Source: Eledone cirrhosa
Taxonomy: Eukaryota
Length of the DNA stretch: 64,000 nucleotides
Reading direction: 5' to 3'
Assembly (NCBI GenBank): GCA_964016885.1
Contig: OZ024743.1
Location: forward strand, 129,394,001-129,458,000
The position numbers and the translations under genes are program-made. Below, piece after piece: positions 16,301 through 31,600 of the stretch. Each line of letters starts with the position of its first letter. The first letter of the stretch is position 1. The notes beneath the pieces are model-generated. The model saw only the letters and a list, made by a program, of their open reading frames with translations. It did not search any database and had not been told where the DNA came from.

Positions 16301-19300
16301 AACACCAAGCACCAAGCACCAAACACCAAGCACCAAGCACCAAGCATCAAACACCAAGCATCAAACACCAAACACCAAGCACCAAGCACCAAACACCAAA
16401 CACCAAGCACCAAGCACCAAACACCAAGCACAAAACACCAAACACCAAGCACCAAGCACCAAACACCAAACACCAAGCACCAAGCACCAAACACCAAACA
16501 CCAAGCACCAAACACCAGACACCAAGCACCAAACACCAAACATCAAGCACCAAGCACCAAACACCATACAACAAGCACCAGGCACCAAGCACCAAACACC
16601 AAACACCATGCACTAAGCACCAAACACCACGCACCAAACACCAAACACCAAGCACCAAGCAGCAAGCACCAAACACCAAACAGCAAAGAGGAAACACCAA
16701 ACAGCAAACAGCAAACACGAAAAAGCAGACACCAAACAGCAAAGAGCAAACACCAAACATCAAACAGCAAACAACAAACACAAAAAACCAAGCACCAAGC
16801 ACCAAGCACCAAACAACAAGCACCAGGCACCAAGCACCAAACACCAAACACCAAGCACTAAGCACCAAACACCAAGCACCAAACACCAAACACCAAGCAC
16901 CAAGCACCAAGCACCAAACACCAAACATGAAACAGCAAACACAATACAGCAAACACCAAACACGAAAAAGCAGACACCAAACAGCAAACAGCAAACACCA
17001 AACACCAAACAGCAAACAACAAACACAAAACACCAAGCACCAAGCACCAAGCACCAAACACCAAACACCAAGCACCAAACACCCAGCACCAAGCACCAAG
17101 CACCAAACACCAAGCACCAAACACCAAACATCAAGCCCCAAGCACCAAACACAAAACACCAAGCACCAAGCACCAAACACCAAGCACCAAACAGCAAGCA
17201 CCAAACACCAAACACCAAACAGCAAACACCAAACAGCAAACGGCAAACACCAAACAGCAAACAGCAAACACCAAACACGAAGCACCAAGCACCAAACACC
17301 AAGCACTAAGCACCAAACACCAAGCACCTAGCACCAAGCACCAAACACCAAGCACCAAACACCAAACACCAAGCACCAAGCACCAAGCACCAAACACCAA
17401 GCACCAAGCACCAAACACCAAACACCAAACACCAAACACCAAGGACCAATCACCAAGCACCAAGCAGCAAGCACCAAGCACCAAACACAAAATACCAAGC
17501 ACCAAGCACCAAACACCAAGCACCAAAGACTAAAGACCAAACAAAACACCAAACACCAAACAGCAAACAATAAACACGAAACAGCAAACACCATACAGCA
17601 AACACCAAACACCAAAAAGCAGACACCAAACAGCAAACAGCAAACACCAAACACCAAACACCAAACACCAAACAGCAAACACCAAACACCAAGCACCAAA
17701 CACCAAACACCAAGCACCAAACACCAAGCACCAAGCACCAAACACCAAACCCCAAGCAGCAAGCACCAAACACTAGTCACCAAGCACCAAGCACCAAACA
17801 CCAGACACCAAGCACCAAACACCAAACATCAAGCCCCAAGCACCAAACACCAAACACCAAGCACCAAGCACCAAGCACCAAACACCAAACAGCAAACAGG
17901 AAACAGCAAACAGCAAACAGCAAACTCCAAACATGAAACAGCAAACACCATACAGCAAACACCAAACACGAAAAAGCAGACACCAAACAGCAAACAGCAA
18001 ACACCAAACACCAAACAGCAAACAGCAAACACCACACACCAAGCACCAAGCACCAAACACCAAACACCAAGCACCAAACACCAAGCACCAAGCACCAAGC
18101 GACAAACACCAAGCACCAAGCACCATGCAGCAAACACCAAGCAACAAGCACCAAACTCCCAGCACCAAGCACCAAGCACCAAACACCAAGCACCAAACAC
18201 CAAACACCAAACACCAAGCACCAAGAACCAAGCACCAAACACCAAGCACCAAGCATCAAGCACCAAACACCAAACACCAAGCACCAAACACCAAGCACCA
18301 AGCACCTAGCACCAAACACCAAACACCTAGCACCAAGCACCAAACACCAAGCATCAATCACCAAGCACCAAACACCAAGCACCAAGCACCAAGCATCAAA
18401 CACCAAACACCAAACACCAAGCACCAAGCACCAAGCACCAAACACCAAGCACGCAGCACGAAACACCAAGCACCAAGCACCAAGCACCAAGCACCAAGCA
18501 CCAAACACCAAACACCAAACACCAAACAACAAGCACCAAGCACCAAGCACCAAACACCAAGCACCAAGCACCAAACACCAAATACCAAGCACCAAGCACC
18601 AAACAGCAAACACCATAGAGCAAACACCATAGAGCAAACACCAAACACCAAAAAGCAGACACCAAACAGCAAACAGCAAACACCAAATACCAAACACCAA
18701 ACACCAAACAGCAAACACCAAACACCAAGCACCAAAAACCAAGCACCAAGCACCAAACACCAAGCACCAAGAACCAAACACCAAACCCCAGGCACCAAGC
18801 ACCAAACACTAATCACCAAGCACCAAGCACCAAAGACCAAGCACCAAGCACCAAGCACCAAACACCAAGCACCAAGCACCAAGCACCAAACACCAAGCAC
18901 CAAGCACCGAACGCCTACCACCCAGCACCAAGCACCAAGCACCAAACACCAAGCACCAAACACCAAACACCAAGCACCAAGCACCAAACACCAAGCACGA
19001 AGCACCAAGCACCAAACACCAAGCCCTAAACACCAAGCACCAAGCACCTAGCACCAAACACCAAGCACCAAGCACCAATCACCAAACACCAAGCACCAAG
19101 CACCAAACACCAAACAGCAAAGAGGAAACACCAAACAGCAAACAGCAAACACGAAAAAGCAGACACCAAACAGCAAAGAGCAAACACCAAACATCAAACA
19201 GCAAACAACAAACACAAAAAACCAAGCACCAAGCACCAAGCACCAAACAACAAGCACCAGGCACCAAGCACCAAACACCAAACACCAAGCACTAAGCACC

Positions 19301-20199
19301 AAACACCAAGCACCAAACACCAAACACCAAGCACCAAGCACCAAGCACCAAACACCAAACATGAAACAGCAAACACCATACAGCAAACACCAAACACGAA
19401 AAAGCAGACACCAAACAGCAAAGAGCAAACACCAAACACCAAACAGCAAACAACAAACACAAAACACCAAGCACCAAGCACCAAGCACCAAACACCAAAC
19501 ACCAAGCACCAAACACCCAGCACCAAGCACCAAGCACCAAACACCAAGCACCAAACACCAAACATCAAGCCCCAAGCACCAAACACAAAACACCAAGCAC
19601 CAAGCACCAAACACCAAACACCAAACAGCAAGCACCAAACACCAAACACCAAACAGCAAACACCAAACACGAAGCACCAAGCACCAAACACCAAGCACTA
19701 AGCACCAAACACCAAGCACCTAGCACCAAGCACCAAACACCAAGCACCAAACACCAAACACCAAGCACCAAGCACCAGGCACAAAACACCAAGCACGCAG
19801 CAGGAAACAACAAGCACCAAGCACCAAACACCAAGCACCAAGCACCAACCACCAAACACCAAACACCAAACAACAAGCACCAAGCACCAAGCACCAAACA
19901 CCAAGCACCAAGCACCAAACACCAAATACCAAGCACCAAGCACCAAACACCAAGCACCAAAGACTAAAGACCAAACAAAACACCAAACACCAAACAGCAA
20001 ACAATAAACACGAAACAGCAAACACCATACAGCAAACACCAAACACCAAAAAGCAGACACCAAACAGCAAACAGCAAACACCAAACACCAAACACCAAAC
20101 ACCAAACAGCAAACACCAAACACCAAGCACCAAACACCAAACACCAAGCACCAAACACCAAGCACCAAGCACCAAACACCAAACCCCAAGCAGCAAGCA

Positions 20200-23100
20200 C
20201 CAAACACTAATCACCAAGCACCAAGCACCAAACACCAGACACCAAGCACCAAACACCAAACATCAAGCCCCAAGCACCAAACACCAAACACCAAGCACCA
20301 AGCACCAAGCACCAAACACCAAACAGCAAACAGGAAACAGCAAACAGCAAACAGCAAACTCCAAACATGAAACAGCAAACACCATACAGCAAACACCAAA
20401 CACGAAAAAGCAGACACCAAACAGCAAAGAGCAAACACCAAACACCAAACAGCAAACAGCAAACACCACACACCAAGCACCAAGCACCAAACACCAACAC
20501 CAAGCACCAAACACCAAGCACCAAGCACCAAGCGACAAACACCAAGCACCAAGCACCATGCAGCAAACACCAAGCAACAAGCACCAAACTCCCAGCACCA
20601 AGCACCAAGCACCAAACACCAAGCACCAAACACCAAACACCAAACACCAAACACCAAGCACCAAGAACCAAGCACCAAACACAAAGCACCAAGCACCAAG
20701 CACCAAACACCAAACACCAAGCACCAAACACCAAGCACCAAGCACCTAGCACCAAAAACCAAACACCTAGCACCAAGCACCAAACACCAAGCATCAATCA
20801 CCAAGCACCAAACACCAAGCACCAAGCACCAAGCATCAAACACCAAACACCAAACACCAAGCACCAAGCACCAAGCACCAAACACCAAGCACGCAGCACG
20901 AAACACCAAGCACCAAGCACCAAACACCAAGCACCAAGCACCAAACACCAAACACCAAACACCAAACAACAAGCACCAAGCACCAAGCACCAAACACCAA
21001 GCACCAAGCACCAAACACCAAATACCAAGCACCAAGCACCAAACACCAAGCACGAAAGACTAAAGACCAAATAGGAAACACCAAACACCAAACACCAAAC
21101 ACCAAACAGCAAACACCATAGAGCAAACACCAAACACCAAAAAGCAGACACCAAACAGCAAACAGCAAACACCAAATACCAAACACCAAACACCAAACAG
21201 CAAACACCAAACACCAAGCACCAAACACCAAGCACCAAGCACCAAACACCAAGCACCAAGAACCAAACACCAAACCCCAAGCACCAAGCACCAAACACTA
21301 ATCACCAAGCACCAAGCACCAAACACCAAGCAACAAGCACCAAACACCAAACACCAAGCACCAAAGACCACGCACCAAGCACCAAGCACCAAACACCAAG
21401 CACCAAGCACCAAGCACCAAACACCAAGCACCAAGCACCGAACGCCAACCACCCAGCACCAAGCACCAAGCACCAAACACCAAGCACCAAACACCAAACA
21501 CCAAGCACCAAGCACCAAACACCAAGCACGAGCACCAAGCACCAAACACCAAGCCCTAAACACCAAGCACCAAGCACCTAACACCAAACACCAAGCACCA
21601 AGCACCAACCACCAAACACCAAGCACCAAGCACCAAGCACCAAACACCAAGCATCAATCACCAAGCACCAAACACCAAGCAGCAAGAAGCAAGCAGCAAG
21701 CACCAAACACCAAGCACCAAGCACCAAGCACCAAGCACCAAGCACCAAACACCTAACACCTAACACCAAGCATCAAGCACCAAGCACCAAACACCAAGCA
21801 CCAAACACCAAACACCAAGCACCAAGCAACAAACACCATGCACCAGGCACCAAGCACCAAACACCAAAAACAAAGCACCAAACACCAAGCACCAAGCATG
21901 AAGCACCAAACACCTAACAACAAACACCAAACACCAAGCACCAAACACCAAGCACCAAACACCAAGCACCAAGCACCAAACACCAAGCACCAAGCAACAA
22001 ACACCAAGCACCAAACACCAAGCACCAAGCACCAAGTACAAACACCAAGCACCAAGCACCAAACACCAAGCACCAAGCACCAAACACCAAACACAAAGCA
22101 TCAAACACCAAACACCAAGCACCAAGCACCAAACACCAAACACCAAGCATCAAACACCAAACACAAAACACCAAGCACCAAGCACCAAGCACCAAGCACC
22201 AAGCATGCAGCACCAAACACCAAGCCCCAAGCACCAAACACCAAACACCAAGCACCAAGCACCAATCACCAAACAACAAGCACCAAGCACCAAGCACCAA
22301 ACACCAAGCACCAAGCACCAAACACCAAACACCAAACACCAAGCACCAAACACCAAGCACCAAACACCAAGCACCAAGCACCAAACACCAAGCACCAAGC
22401 ACGAAGCACAAAATACCAAGCACCAAGCACCAAACACCTAACACCAACCACCAAGCACCAAGCACCAAGCACCAAACACCAAGCACCAAACACCCAAACA
22501 CCAAGCACCAAGCACCAAACACCAAGCACCAAGCACCAAACACCAAGAACCAAGCACCAAACACCAAGCACCAAGCACCAAACACCAAGCACCAAGCACC
22601 AAGTACAAACACCAAGCACCAAGCACCAAACACCAAGCACCAAGCACCAAGCATCAAACACCAAGCATCAAACACCAAACACCAAGCACCAAGCACCAAA
22701 CACCAAACACCAAGCACCAAGCACCAAACACCAAGCACAAAACACCAAACACCAAGCACCAAGCACCAAACACCAAACACCAAGCACCAAGCACCAAACA
22801 CCAAACACCAAGCACCAAACACCAGACACCAAGCACCAAACACCAAACATCAAGCACCAAGCACCAAACACCAAACAACAAGCACCAGGCACCAAGCACC
22901 AAACACCAAACACCAAGCACTAAGCACCAAACACCAAGCACCAAGCACCAAACACCAAACCCCAAGCAGCAAGCACCAAACACTAATCACCAAGCACCAA
23001 GCACCAAACACCAGACACCAAGCACCAAACACCAAACATCAAGCCCCAAGCACCAAACACCAAACACCAAGCACCAAGCACCAAGCACCAAACACCAAAC

Positions 23101-26100
23101 AGCAAACAGGAAACAGCAAACAGCAAACAGCAAACTCCAAACATGAAACAGCAAACACCATACAGCAAACACCAAACACGAAAAAGCAGACACCAAACAG
23201 CAAACAGCAAACACCACACACCAAGCACCAAGCACCATACACCAAGCACCAAGCACCAGGCACAAAACACCAAGCACGCAGCAGGAAACAACAAGCACCA
23301 AGCACCAAACACCAAGCACCAAGCACCAACCACCAAACACCAAACACCAAACAACAAGCACCAAGCACCAAGCACCAAACACCAAGCACCAAGCACCAAA
23401 CACCAAATACCAAGCACCAAGCACCAAACACCAAGCACCAAAGACTAAAGACCAAACAAAACACCAAACACCAAACAGCAAACAATAAACACGAAACAGC
23501 AAACACCATACAGCAAACACCAAACACCAAAAAGCAGACACCAAACAGCAAACAGCAAACACCAAACACCAAACAGCAAACAGCAAACACCACACACCAA
23601 ACACCAAACACCAAGCACCAAAGACCACGCACCAAGCACCAAGCACCAAACACCAAGCACCAAGCACCAAGCACCAAACACCAAGCACCAAGCACCGAAC
23701 GCCAACCACCCAGCACCAAGCACCAAGCACCAAACACCAAGCACCAAACACCAAACACCAAGCACCAAGCACCAAACACCAAGCACGAGCACCAAGCACC
23801 AAACACCAAGCCCTAAACACCAAGCACCAAGCACCTAACACCAAACACCAAGCACCAAGCACCAACCACCAAACACCAAGCACCAAGCAGCAAGCACCAA
23901 ACACCAAGCATCAATCACCAAGCACCAAACACCAAGCAGCAAGAAGCAAGCAGCAAGCACCAAACACCAAGCACCAAGCACCAAGCACCAAGCACCAAGC
24001 ACCAAACACCTAACACCTAACACCAAGCATCAAGCACCAAGCACCAAACAGCAAGCACCAAACACCAAACACCAAGCACCAAGCAACAAACACCATGCAC
24101 CAGGCACCAAGCACCAAACACCAAAAACAAAGCACCAAACACCAAGCACCAAGCATGAAGCACCAAACACCTAACAACAAACACCAAGCACCAAGCACCA
24201 AACACCAAGCACCAAACACCAAGCACCAAGCACCAAACACCAAGCACCAAGCACCAAACACCAAGCACCAAGCAACAAACACCAAGCACCAAAAACCAAG
24301 CACCAAGCACCAAGTACAAACACCAAGCACCAAGCACCAAACACCAAGCACCAAGCACCAAACACCAAACACAAAGCATCAAACACCAAACACCAAGCAC
24401 CAAGCACCAAACACCAAACACCAAGCATCAAACACCAAACACAAAACACCAAGCACCAAGCACCAAGCACCAAGCATGCAGCACCAAACACCAAGCCCCA
24501 AGCACCAAACACCAAACACCAAGCACCAAGCACCAATCACCAAACAACAAGCACCAAGCACCAAGCACCAAACACCAAGCACCAAGCACCAAACACCAAA
24601 CACCAAACACCAAGCACCAAACACCAAGCACCAAACACCAAGCACCAAGCACCAAACACCAAGCACCAAGCACGAAGCACAAAATACCAAGCACCAAGCA
24701 CCAAACACCTAACACCAACCACCAAGCACCAAGCACCAAGCACCAAACACCAAGCACCAAACACCCAAACACCAAGCACCAAGCACCAAACACCAAGCAC
24801 CAAGCACCAAACACCAAGAACCAAGCACCAAACACCAAGCACCAAGCACCAAACACCAAGCACCAAGCACCAAGTACAAACACCAAGCACCAAGCACCAA
24901 ACACCAAGCACCAAGCACCAAGCATCAAACACCAAGCATCAAACACCAAACACCAAGCACCAAGCACCAAACACCAAACACCAAGCACCAAGCACCAAAC
25001 ACCAAGCACAAAACACCAAACACCAAGCACCAAGCACCAAACACCAAACACCAAGCACCAAGCACCAAACACCAAACACCAAGCACCAAACACCAGACAC
25101 CAAGCACCAAACACCAAACATCAAGCACCAAGCACCAAACACCAAACAACAAGCACCAGGCACCAAGCACCAAACACCAAACACCAAGCACTAAGCACCA
25201 AACACCAAGCACCAAGCACCAAACACCAAACCCCAAGCAGCAAGCACCAAACACTAATCACCAAGCACCAAGCACCAAACACCAGACACCAAGCACCAAA
25301 CACCAAACATCAAGCCCCAAGCACCAAACACCAAACACCAAGCACCAAGCACCAAGCACCAAACACCAAACAGCAAACAGGAAACAGCAAACAGCAAACA
25401 GCAAACTCCAAACATGAAACAGCAAACACCATACAGCAAACACCAAACACGAAAAAGCAGACACCAAACAGCAAACAGCAAACACCAAACACCAAACAGC
25501 AAACAGCAAACACCACACACCAAGCACCAAGCACCATACACCAACACCAAGCACCAAACACCAAGCACCAAGCACCAAGCGACAAACACCAAGCACCAAG
25601 CACCATGCAGCAAACACCAAGCAACAAGCACCAAACTCCCAGCACCAAGCACCAAGCACCAAACACCAAGCACCAAACACCAAACACCAAACACCAAGCA
25701 CCAAGAACCAAGCACCAAACACCAAGCACCAAGCACCAAGCACCAAACACCAAACACCAAGCACCAAACACCAAGCACCAAGCACCTAGCACCAAAAACC
25801 AAACACCTAGCACCAAGCACCAAACACCAAGCATCAATCACCAAGCACCAAACACCAAGCACCAAGCACCAAGCATCAAACACCAAACACCAAACACCAA
25901 GCACCAAGCACCAAGCACCAAACACCAAGCACGCAGCACGAAACACCAAGCACCAAGCACCAAACACCAAGCACCAAGCACCAAACACCAAACACCAAAC
26001 ACCAAACAACAAGCACCAAGCACCAAGCACCAAACACCAAGCACCAAGCACCAAACACCAAATACCAAGCACCAAGCACCAAACACCAAGCACGAAAGAC

Positions 26101-27990
26101 TAAAGACCAAATAGGAAACACCAAACACCAAACACCAAACACCAAACAGCAAACACCATAGAGCAAACACCAAACACCAAAAAGCAGACACCAAACAGCA
26201 AACAGCAAACACCAAATACCAAACACCAAACACCAAACAGCAAACACCAAACACCAAGCACCAAACACCAAGCACCAAGCACCAAACACCAAGCACCAAG
26301 AACCAAACACCAAACCCCAAGCACCAAGCACCAAACACTAATCACCAAGCACCAAGCACCAAACACCAAGCAACAAGCACCAAACACCAAACACCAAGCA
26401 CCAAAGACCACGCACCAAGCACCAAGCACCAAACACCAAGCACCAAGCACCAAGCACCAAACACCAAGCACCAAGCACCGAACGCCAACCACCCAGCACC
26501 AAGCACCAAGCACCAAACACCAAGCACCAAACACCAAACACCAAGCACCAAGCACCAAACACCAAGCACGAGCACCAAGCACCAAACACCAAGCCCTAAA
26601 CACCAAGCACCAAGCACCTAACACCAAACACCAAGCACCAAGCACCAACCACCAAACACCAAGCACCAAGCACCAAGCACCAAACACCAAGCATCAATCA
26701 CCAAGCACCAAACACCAAGCAGCAAGAAGCAAGCAGCAAGCACCAAACACCAAGCACCAAGCACCAAGCACCAAGCACCAAGCACCAAACACCTAACACC
26801 TAACACCAAGCATCAAGCACCAAGCACCAAACACCAAGCACCAAACACCAAACACCAAGCACCAAGCAACAAACACCATGCACCAGGCACCAAGCACCAA
26901 ACACCAAAAACAAAGCACCAAACACCAAGCACCAAGCATGAAGCACCAAACACCTAACAACAAACACCAAGCACCAAGCACCAAACACCAAGCACCAAAC
27001 ACCAAGCACCAAGCACCAAACACCAAGCACCAAGCACCAAACACCAAGCACCAAGCAACAAACACCAAGCACCAAACACCAAGCACCAAGCACCAAGTAC
27101 AAACACCAAGCACCAAGCACCAAACACCAAGCACCAAGCACCAAACACCAAACACAAAGCATCAAACACCAAACACCAAGCACCAAGCACCAAACACCAA
27201 ACACCAAGCATCAAACACCAAACACAAAACACCAAGCACCAAGCACCAAGCACCAAGCATGCAGCACCAAACACCAAGCCCCAAGCACCAAACACCAAAC
27301 ACCAAGCACCAAGCACCAATCACCAAACAACAAGCACCAAGCACCAAGCACCAAACACCAAGCACCAAGCACCAAACACCAAACACCAAACACCAAGCAC
27401 CAAACACCAAGCACCAAACACCAAGCACCAAGCACCAAACACCAAGCACCAAGCACGAAGCACAAAATACCAAGCACCAAGCACCAAACACCTAACACCA
27501 ACCACCAAGCACCAAGCACCAAGAACCAAACACCAAGCACCAAACACCCAAACACCAAGCACCAAGCACCAAACACCAAGCACCAAGCACCAAACACCAA
27601 GAACCAAGCACCAAACACCAAGCACCAAGCACCAAACACCAAGCACCAAGCACCAAGTACAAACACCAAGCACCAAGCACCAAACACCAAGCACCAAGCA
27701 CCAAGCATCAAACACCAAGCATCAAACACCAAACACCAAGCACCAAGCACCAAACACCAAACACCAAGCACCAAGCACCAAACACCAATCACAAAACACC
27801 AAACACCAAGCACCAAGCACCAAACACCAAACACCAAGCACCAAGCACCAAACACCAAACACCAAGCACCAAACACCAGACACCAAGCACCAAACACCAA
27901 ACATCAAGCCCCAAGCACCAAACACCAAACAACAAGCACCAGGCACCAAGCACCAAACACCAAACACCAAGCACTAAGCACCAAACACCA
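20200..27990 (+). repeat. Near-identical direct duplication of about 20.2-22.9 kb at about 25.25-27.99 kb (offset 5040-5054 bp), with a third partial copy at about 23.6-25.25 kb
   Basis: Lines 20701-21900 match lines 25741-26940 at offset 5040. Identical translations occur at 20798..21298 and 25838..26338, and at 22266..22664, 24537..24935 and 27320..27718. Shared off-length monomers: CACGAG (about 21527, 23784, 26567) and CACCCAAA (22491, 24762, 27545). Confidence 0.9.
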
Positions 27991-30900
27991 AGCACCAAAC
28001 ACCAAACACCAAGCACCAAGCACCAAGCACCAAACACCAAACAGCAAAGAGGAAACACCAAACAGCAAACAGCAAACACGAAAAAGCAGACACCAAACAG
28101 CAAAGAGCAAACACCAAACACCAAACAGCAAACAACAAACACAAAACACCAAGCACCAAGCACCAAGCACCAAACAACAAGCACCAGGAACCAAGCACCA
28201 AACACCAAACACCAAGCACTAAGCACCAAACACCAAGCACCAAACACCAAACACCAAGCACCAAGCACCAAGCACCAAACACCAAACATGAAACAGCAAA
28301 CACCATACAGCAAACACCAAACACGAAAAAGCAGACACCAAACAGCAAAGAGCAAACACCAAACACCAAACAGCAAACAACAAACACAAAACACCAAGCA
28401 CCAAGCACCAAGCACCAAACACCAAACACCAAGCACCAAACACCAAGCACCAAGCACCAAGCGACAAACACCAAGCAACAAGCACCATGCACCAAACACC
28501 AAGCACCAAGCACCAAGCACCAAACACCCAGCACCAAGCACCAAGCACCAAACACCAAGCACCAAACACCAAACATCAAGCCCCAAGCACCAAACACAAA
28601 ACACCAAGCACCAAGCACCAAACACCAAGCACCAAACAGCAAGCACCAAACACCAAACACCAAACAGCAAACACCAAACAGCAAACGGCAAACACCAAAC
28701 AGCAAACAGCAAACACCAAACACGAAGCACCAAGCACCAAACACCAAGCACTAAGCACCAAACACCAAGCACCTAGCACCAAGCACCAAACACCAAGCAC
28801 CAAACACCAAACACCAAGCACCAAGCACCAGGCACAAAACACCAAGCACGCAGCAGGAAACACCAAGCACCAAGCACCAAGCACCAAACACCAAGCACCA
28901 AGCACCAACCACCAAACACCAAACACCAAACAACAAGCACCAAGCACCAAGCACCAAACACCAAGCACCAAGCACCAAACACCAAATACCAAGCACCAAG
29001 CACCAAACACCAAGCACCAAAGACTAAAGACCAAACAGGAAACACCAAACACCAAACAGCAAACAATAAACACGAAACAGCAAACACCATACAGCAAACA
29101 CCAAACACCAAAAAGCAGACACCAAACAGCAAACAGCAAACACCAAACACCAAACACCAAACACCAAACAGCAAACACCAAACACCAAGCACCAAACACC
29201 AAACACCAAGCACCAAACACCAAGCACCAAGCACCAAACTCCAAACCCCAAGCAGCAAGCACCAAACACTAATCACCAAGCACCAAGCACCAAACACCAG
29301 ACACCAAGCACCAAACACCAAACATCAAGCCCCAAGCACCAAACACCAAACACCAAGCACCAAGCACCAAGCACCAAACACCAAACAGCAAACAGGAAAC
29401 AGCAAACAGCAAACAGCAAACTCCAAACATGAAACAGCAAACACCATACAGCAAACACCAAACACGAAAAAGCAGACACCAAACAGCAAACAGCAAACAC
29501 CAAACACCAAACAGCAAACAGCAAACACCACACACCAAGCACCAAGCACCAAGCGACAAACACCAAGCACCAAGCACCATGCACCAAACACCAAGCACCA
29601 AGCACCAAACACCCAGCACCAAGCACCAAGCACCAAACACCAAGCACCAAACACCAAACACCAAACACCAAGCACCAAGAACCAAGCACCAAAAACCAAG
29701 CACCAAGCACCAAGTACAAACACCAAGCACCAAGCACCAAACACCAAGCACCAAGCACCAAGCATCAAACACCAAGCATCAAACACCAAACACCAAGCAC
29801 CAAGCACCAAACACCAAACACCAAGCACCAAGCACCAAACACCAAGCACAAAACACCAAACACCAAGCACCAAGCACCAAACACCAAACACCAAGCACCA
29901 AGCACCAAACACCAAACACCAAGCACCAAACACCAGACACCAAGCACCAAACACCAAACATCAAGCACCAAGCACCAAACACCAAACAACAAGCACCAGG
30001 CACCAAGCACCAAACACCAAACACCAAGCACTAAGCACCAAACACCAAGCACCAAACACCAAACACCAAGCACCAAGCACCAAGCACCAAACACCAAACA
30101 GCAAAGAGGAAACACCAAACAACAAACAGCAAACACGAAAAAGCAGACACCAAACAGCAAAGAGCAAACACCAAACACCAAACAGCAAACAACAAACACA
30201 AAACACCAAGCACCAAGCACCAAGCACCAAACAACAAGCACCAGGAACCAAGCACCAAACACCAAACACCAAGCACTAAGCACCAAACACCAAGCACCAA
30301 ACACCAAACACCAAGCACCAAGCACCAAGCACCAAACACCAAACATGAAACAGCAAACACCATACAGCAAACACCAAACACGAAAAAGCAGACACCAAAC
30401 AGCAAAGAGCAAACACCAAACACCAAACAGCAAACAACAAACACAAAACACCAAGCACCAAGCACCAAGCACCAAACACCAAACACCAAGCACCAAACAC
30501 CAAGCACCAAGCACCAAGTGACAAACACCAAGCAACAAGCACCATGCACCAAACACCAAGCACCAAGCACCAAGCACCAAACACCCAGCACCAAGCACCA
30601 AGCACCAAACACCAAGCACCAAACACCAAACATCAAGCCCCAAGCACCAAACACAAAACACCAAGCACCAAGCACCAAACACCAAGCACCAAACAGCAAG
30701 CACCAAACACCAAACACCAAACAGCAAACACCAAACAGCAAACGGCAAACACCAAACAGCAAACACCAAACACCAAACACGAAGCACCAAGCACCAAACA
30801 CCAAGCACTAAGCACCAAACACCAAGCACCTAGCACCAAGCACCAAACACCAAGCACCAAACACCAAACACCAAGCACCAAGCACCAGGCACAAAACACC

Positions 30901-31600
30901 AAGCACGCAGCAGGAAACACCAAGCACCAAGCACCAAGCACCAAACACCAAGCACCAAGCACCAACCACCAAACACCAAACACCAAACAACAAGCACCAA
31001 GCACCAAGCACCAAACACCAAGCACCAAGCACCAAACACCAAATACCAAGCACCAAGCACCAAACACCAAGCACCAAAGACTAAAGACCAAACAGGAAAC
31101 ACCAAACACCAAACAGCAAACAATAAACACGAAACAGCAAACACCATACAGCAAACACCAAACACCAAAAAGCAGACACCAAACAGCAAACAGCAAACAC
31201 CAAACACCAAACACCAAACAGCAAACAGCAAACACCAAACACCAAGCACCAAACACCAAACACCAAGCACCAAACACCAAGCACCAAGCACCAAACTCCA
31301 AACCCCAAGCAGCAAGCACCAAACACTAATCACCAAGCACCAAGCACCAAACACCAGACACCAAGCACCAAACACCAAACATCAAGCCCCAAGCACCAAA
31401 CACCAAACACCAAGCACCAAGCACCAAGCACCAAACACCAAACAGCAAACAGGAAACAGCAAACAGCAAACAGCAAACTCCAAACATGAAACAGCAAACA
31501 CCATACAGCAAACACCAAACACGAAAAAGCAGACACCAAACAGCAAACAGCAAACACCAAACACCAAACGGCAAACAGCAAACACCACACACCAAGCACC
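27600..31600 (+). repeat. Tandem duplication, unit 2057 bp, 2 copies
   Basis: The GACTAAAGACC landmark is at 29022 and 31079. ORF pairs 28751..29020 / 30808..31077 and 28219..28572 / 30276..30629 are identical at offset 2057. Only scattered substitutions differ (e.g. C28462 vs T30519). Confidence 0.9.
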
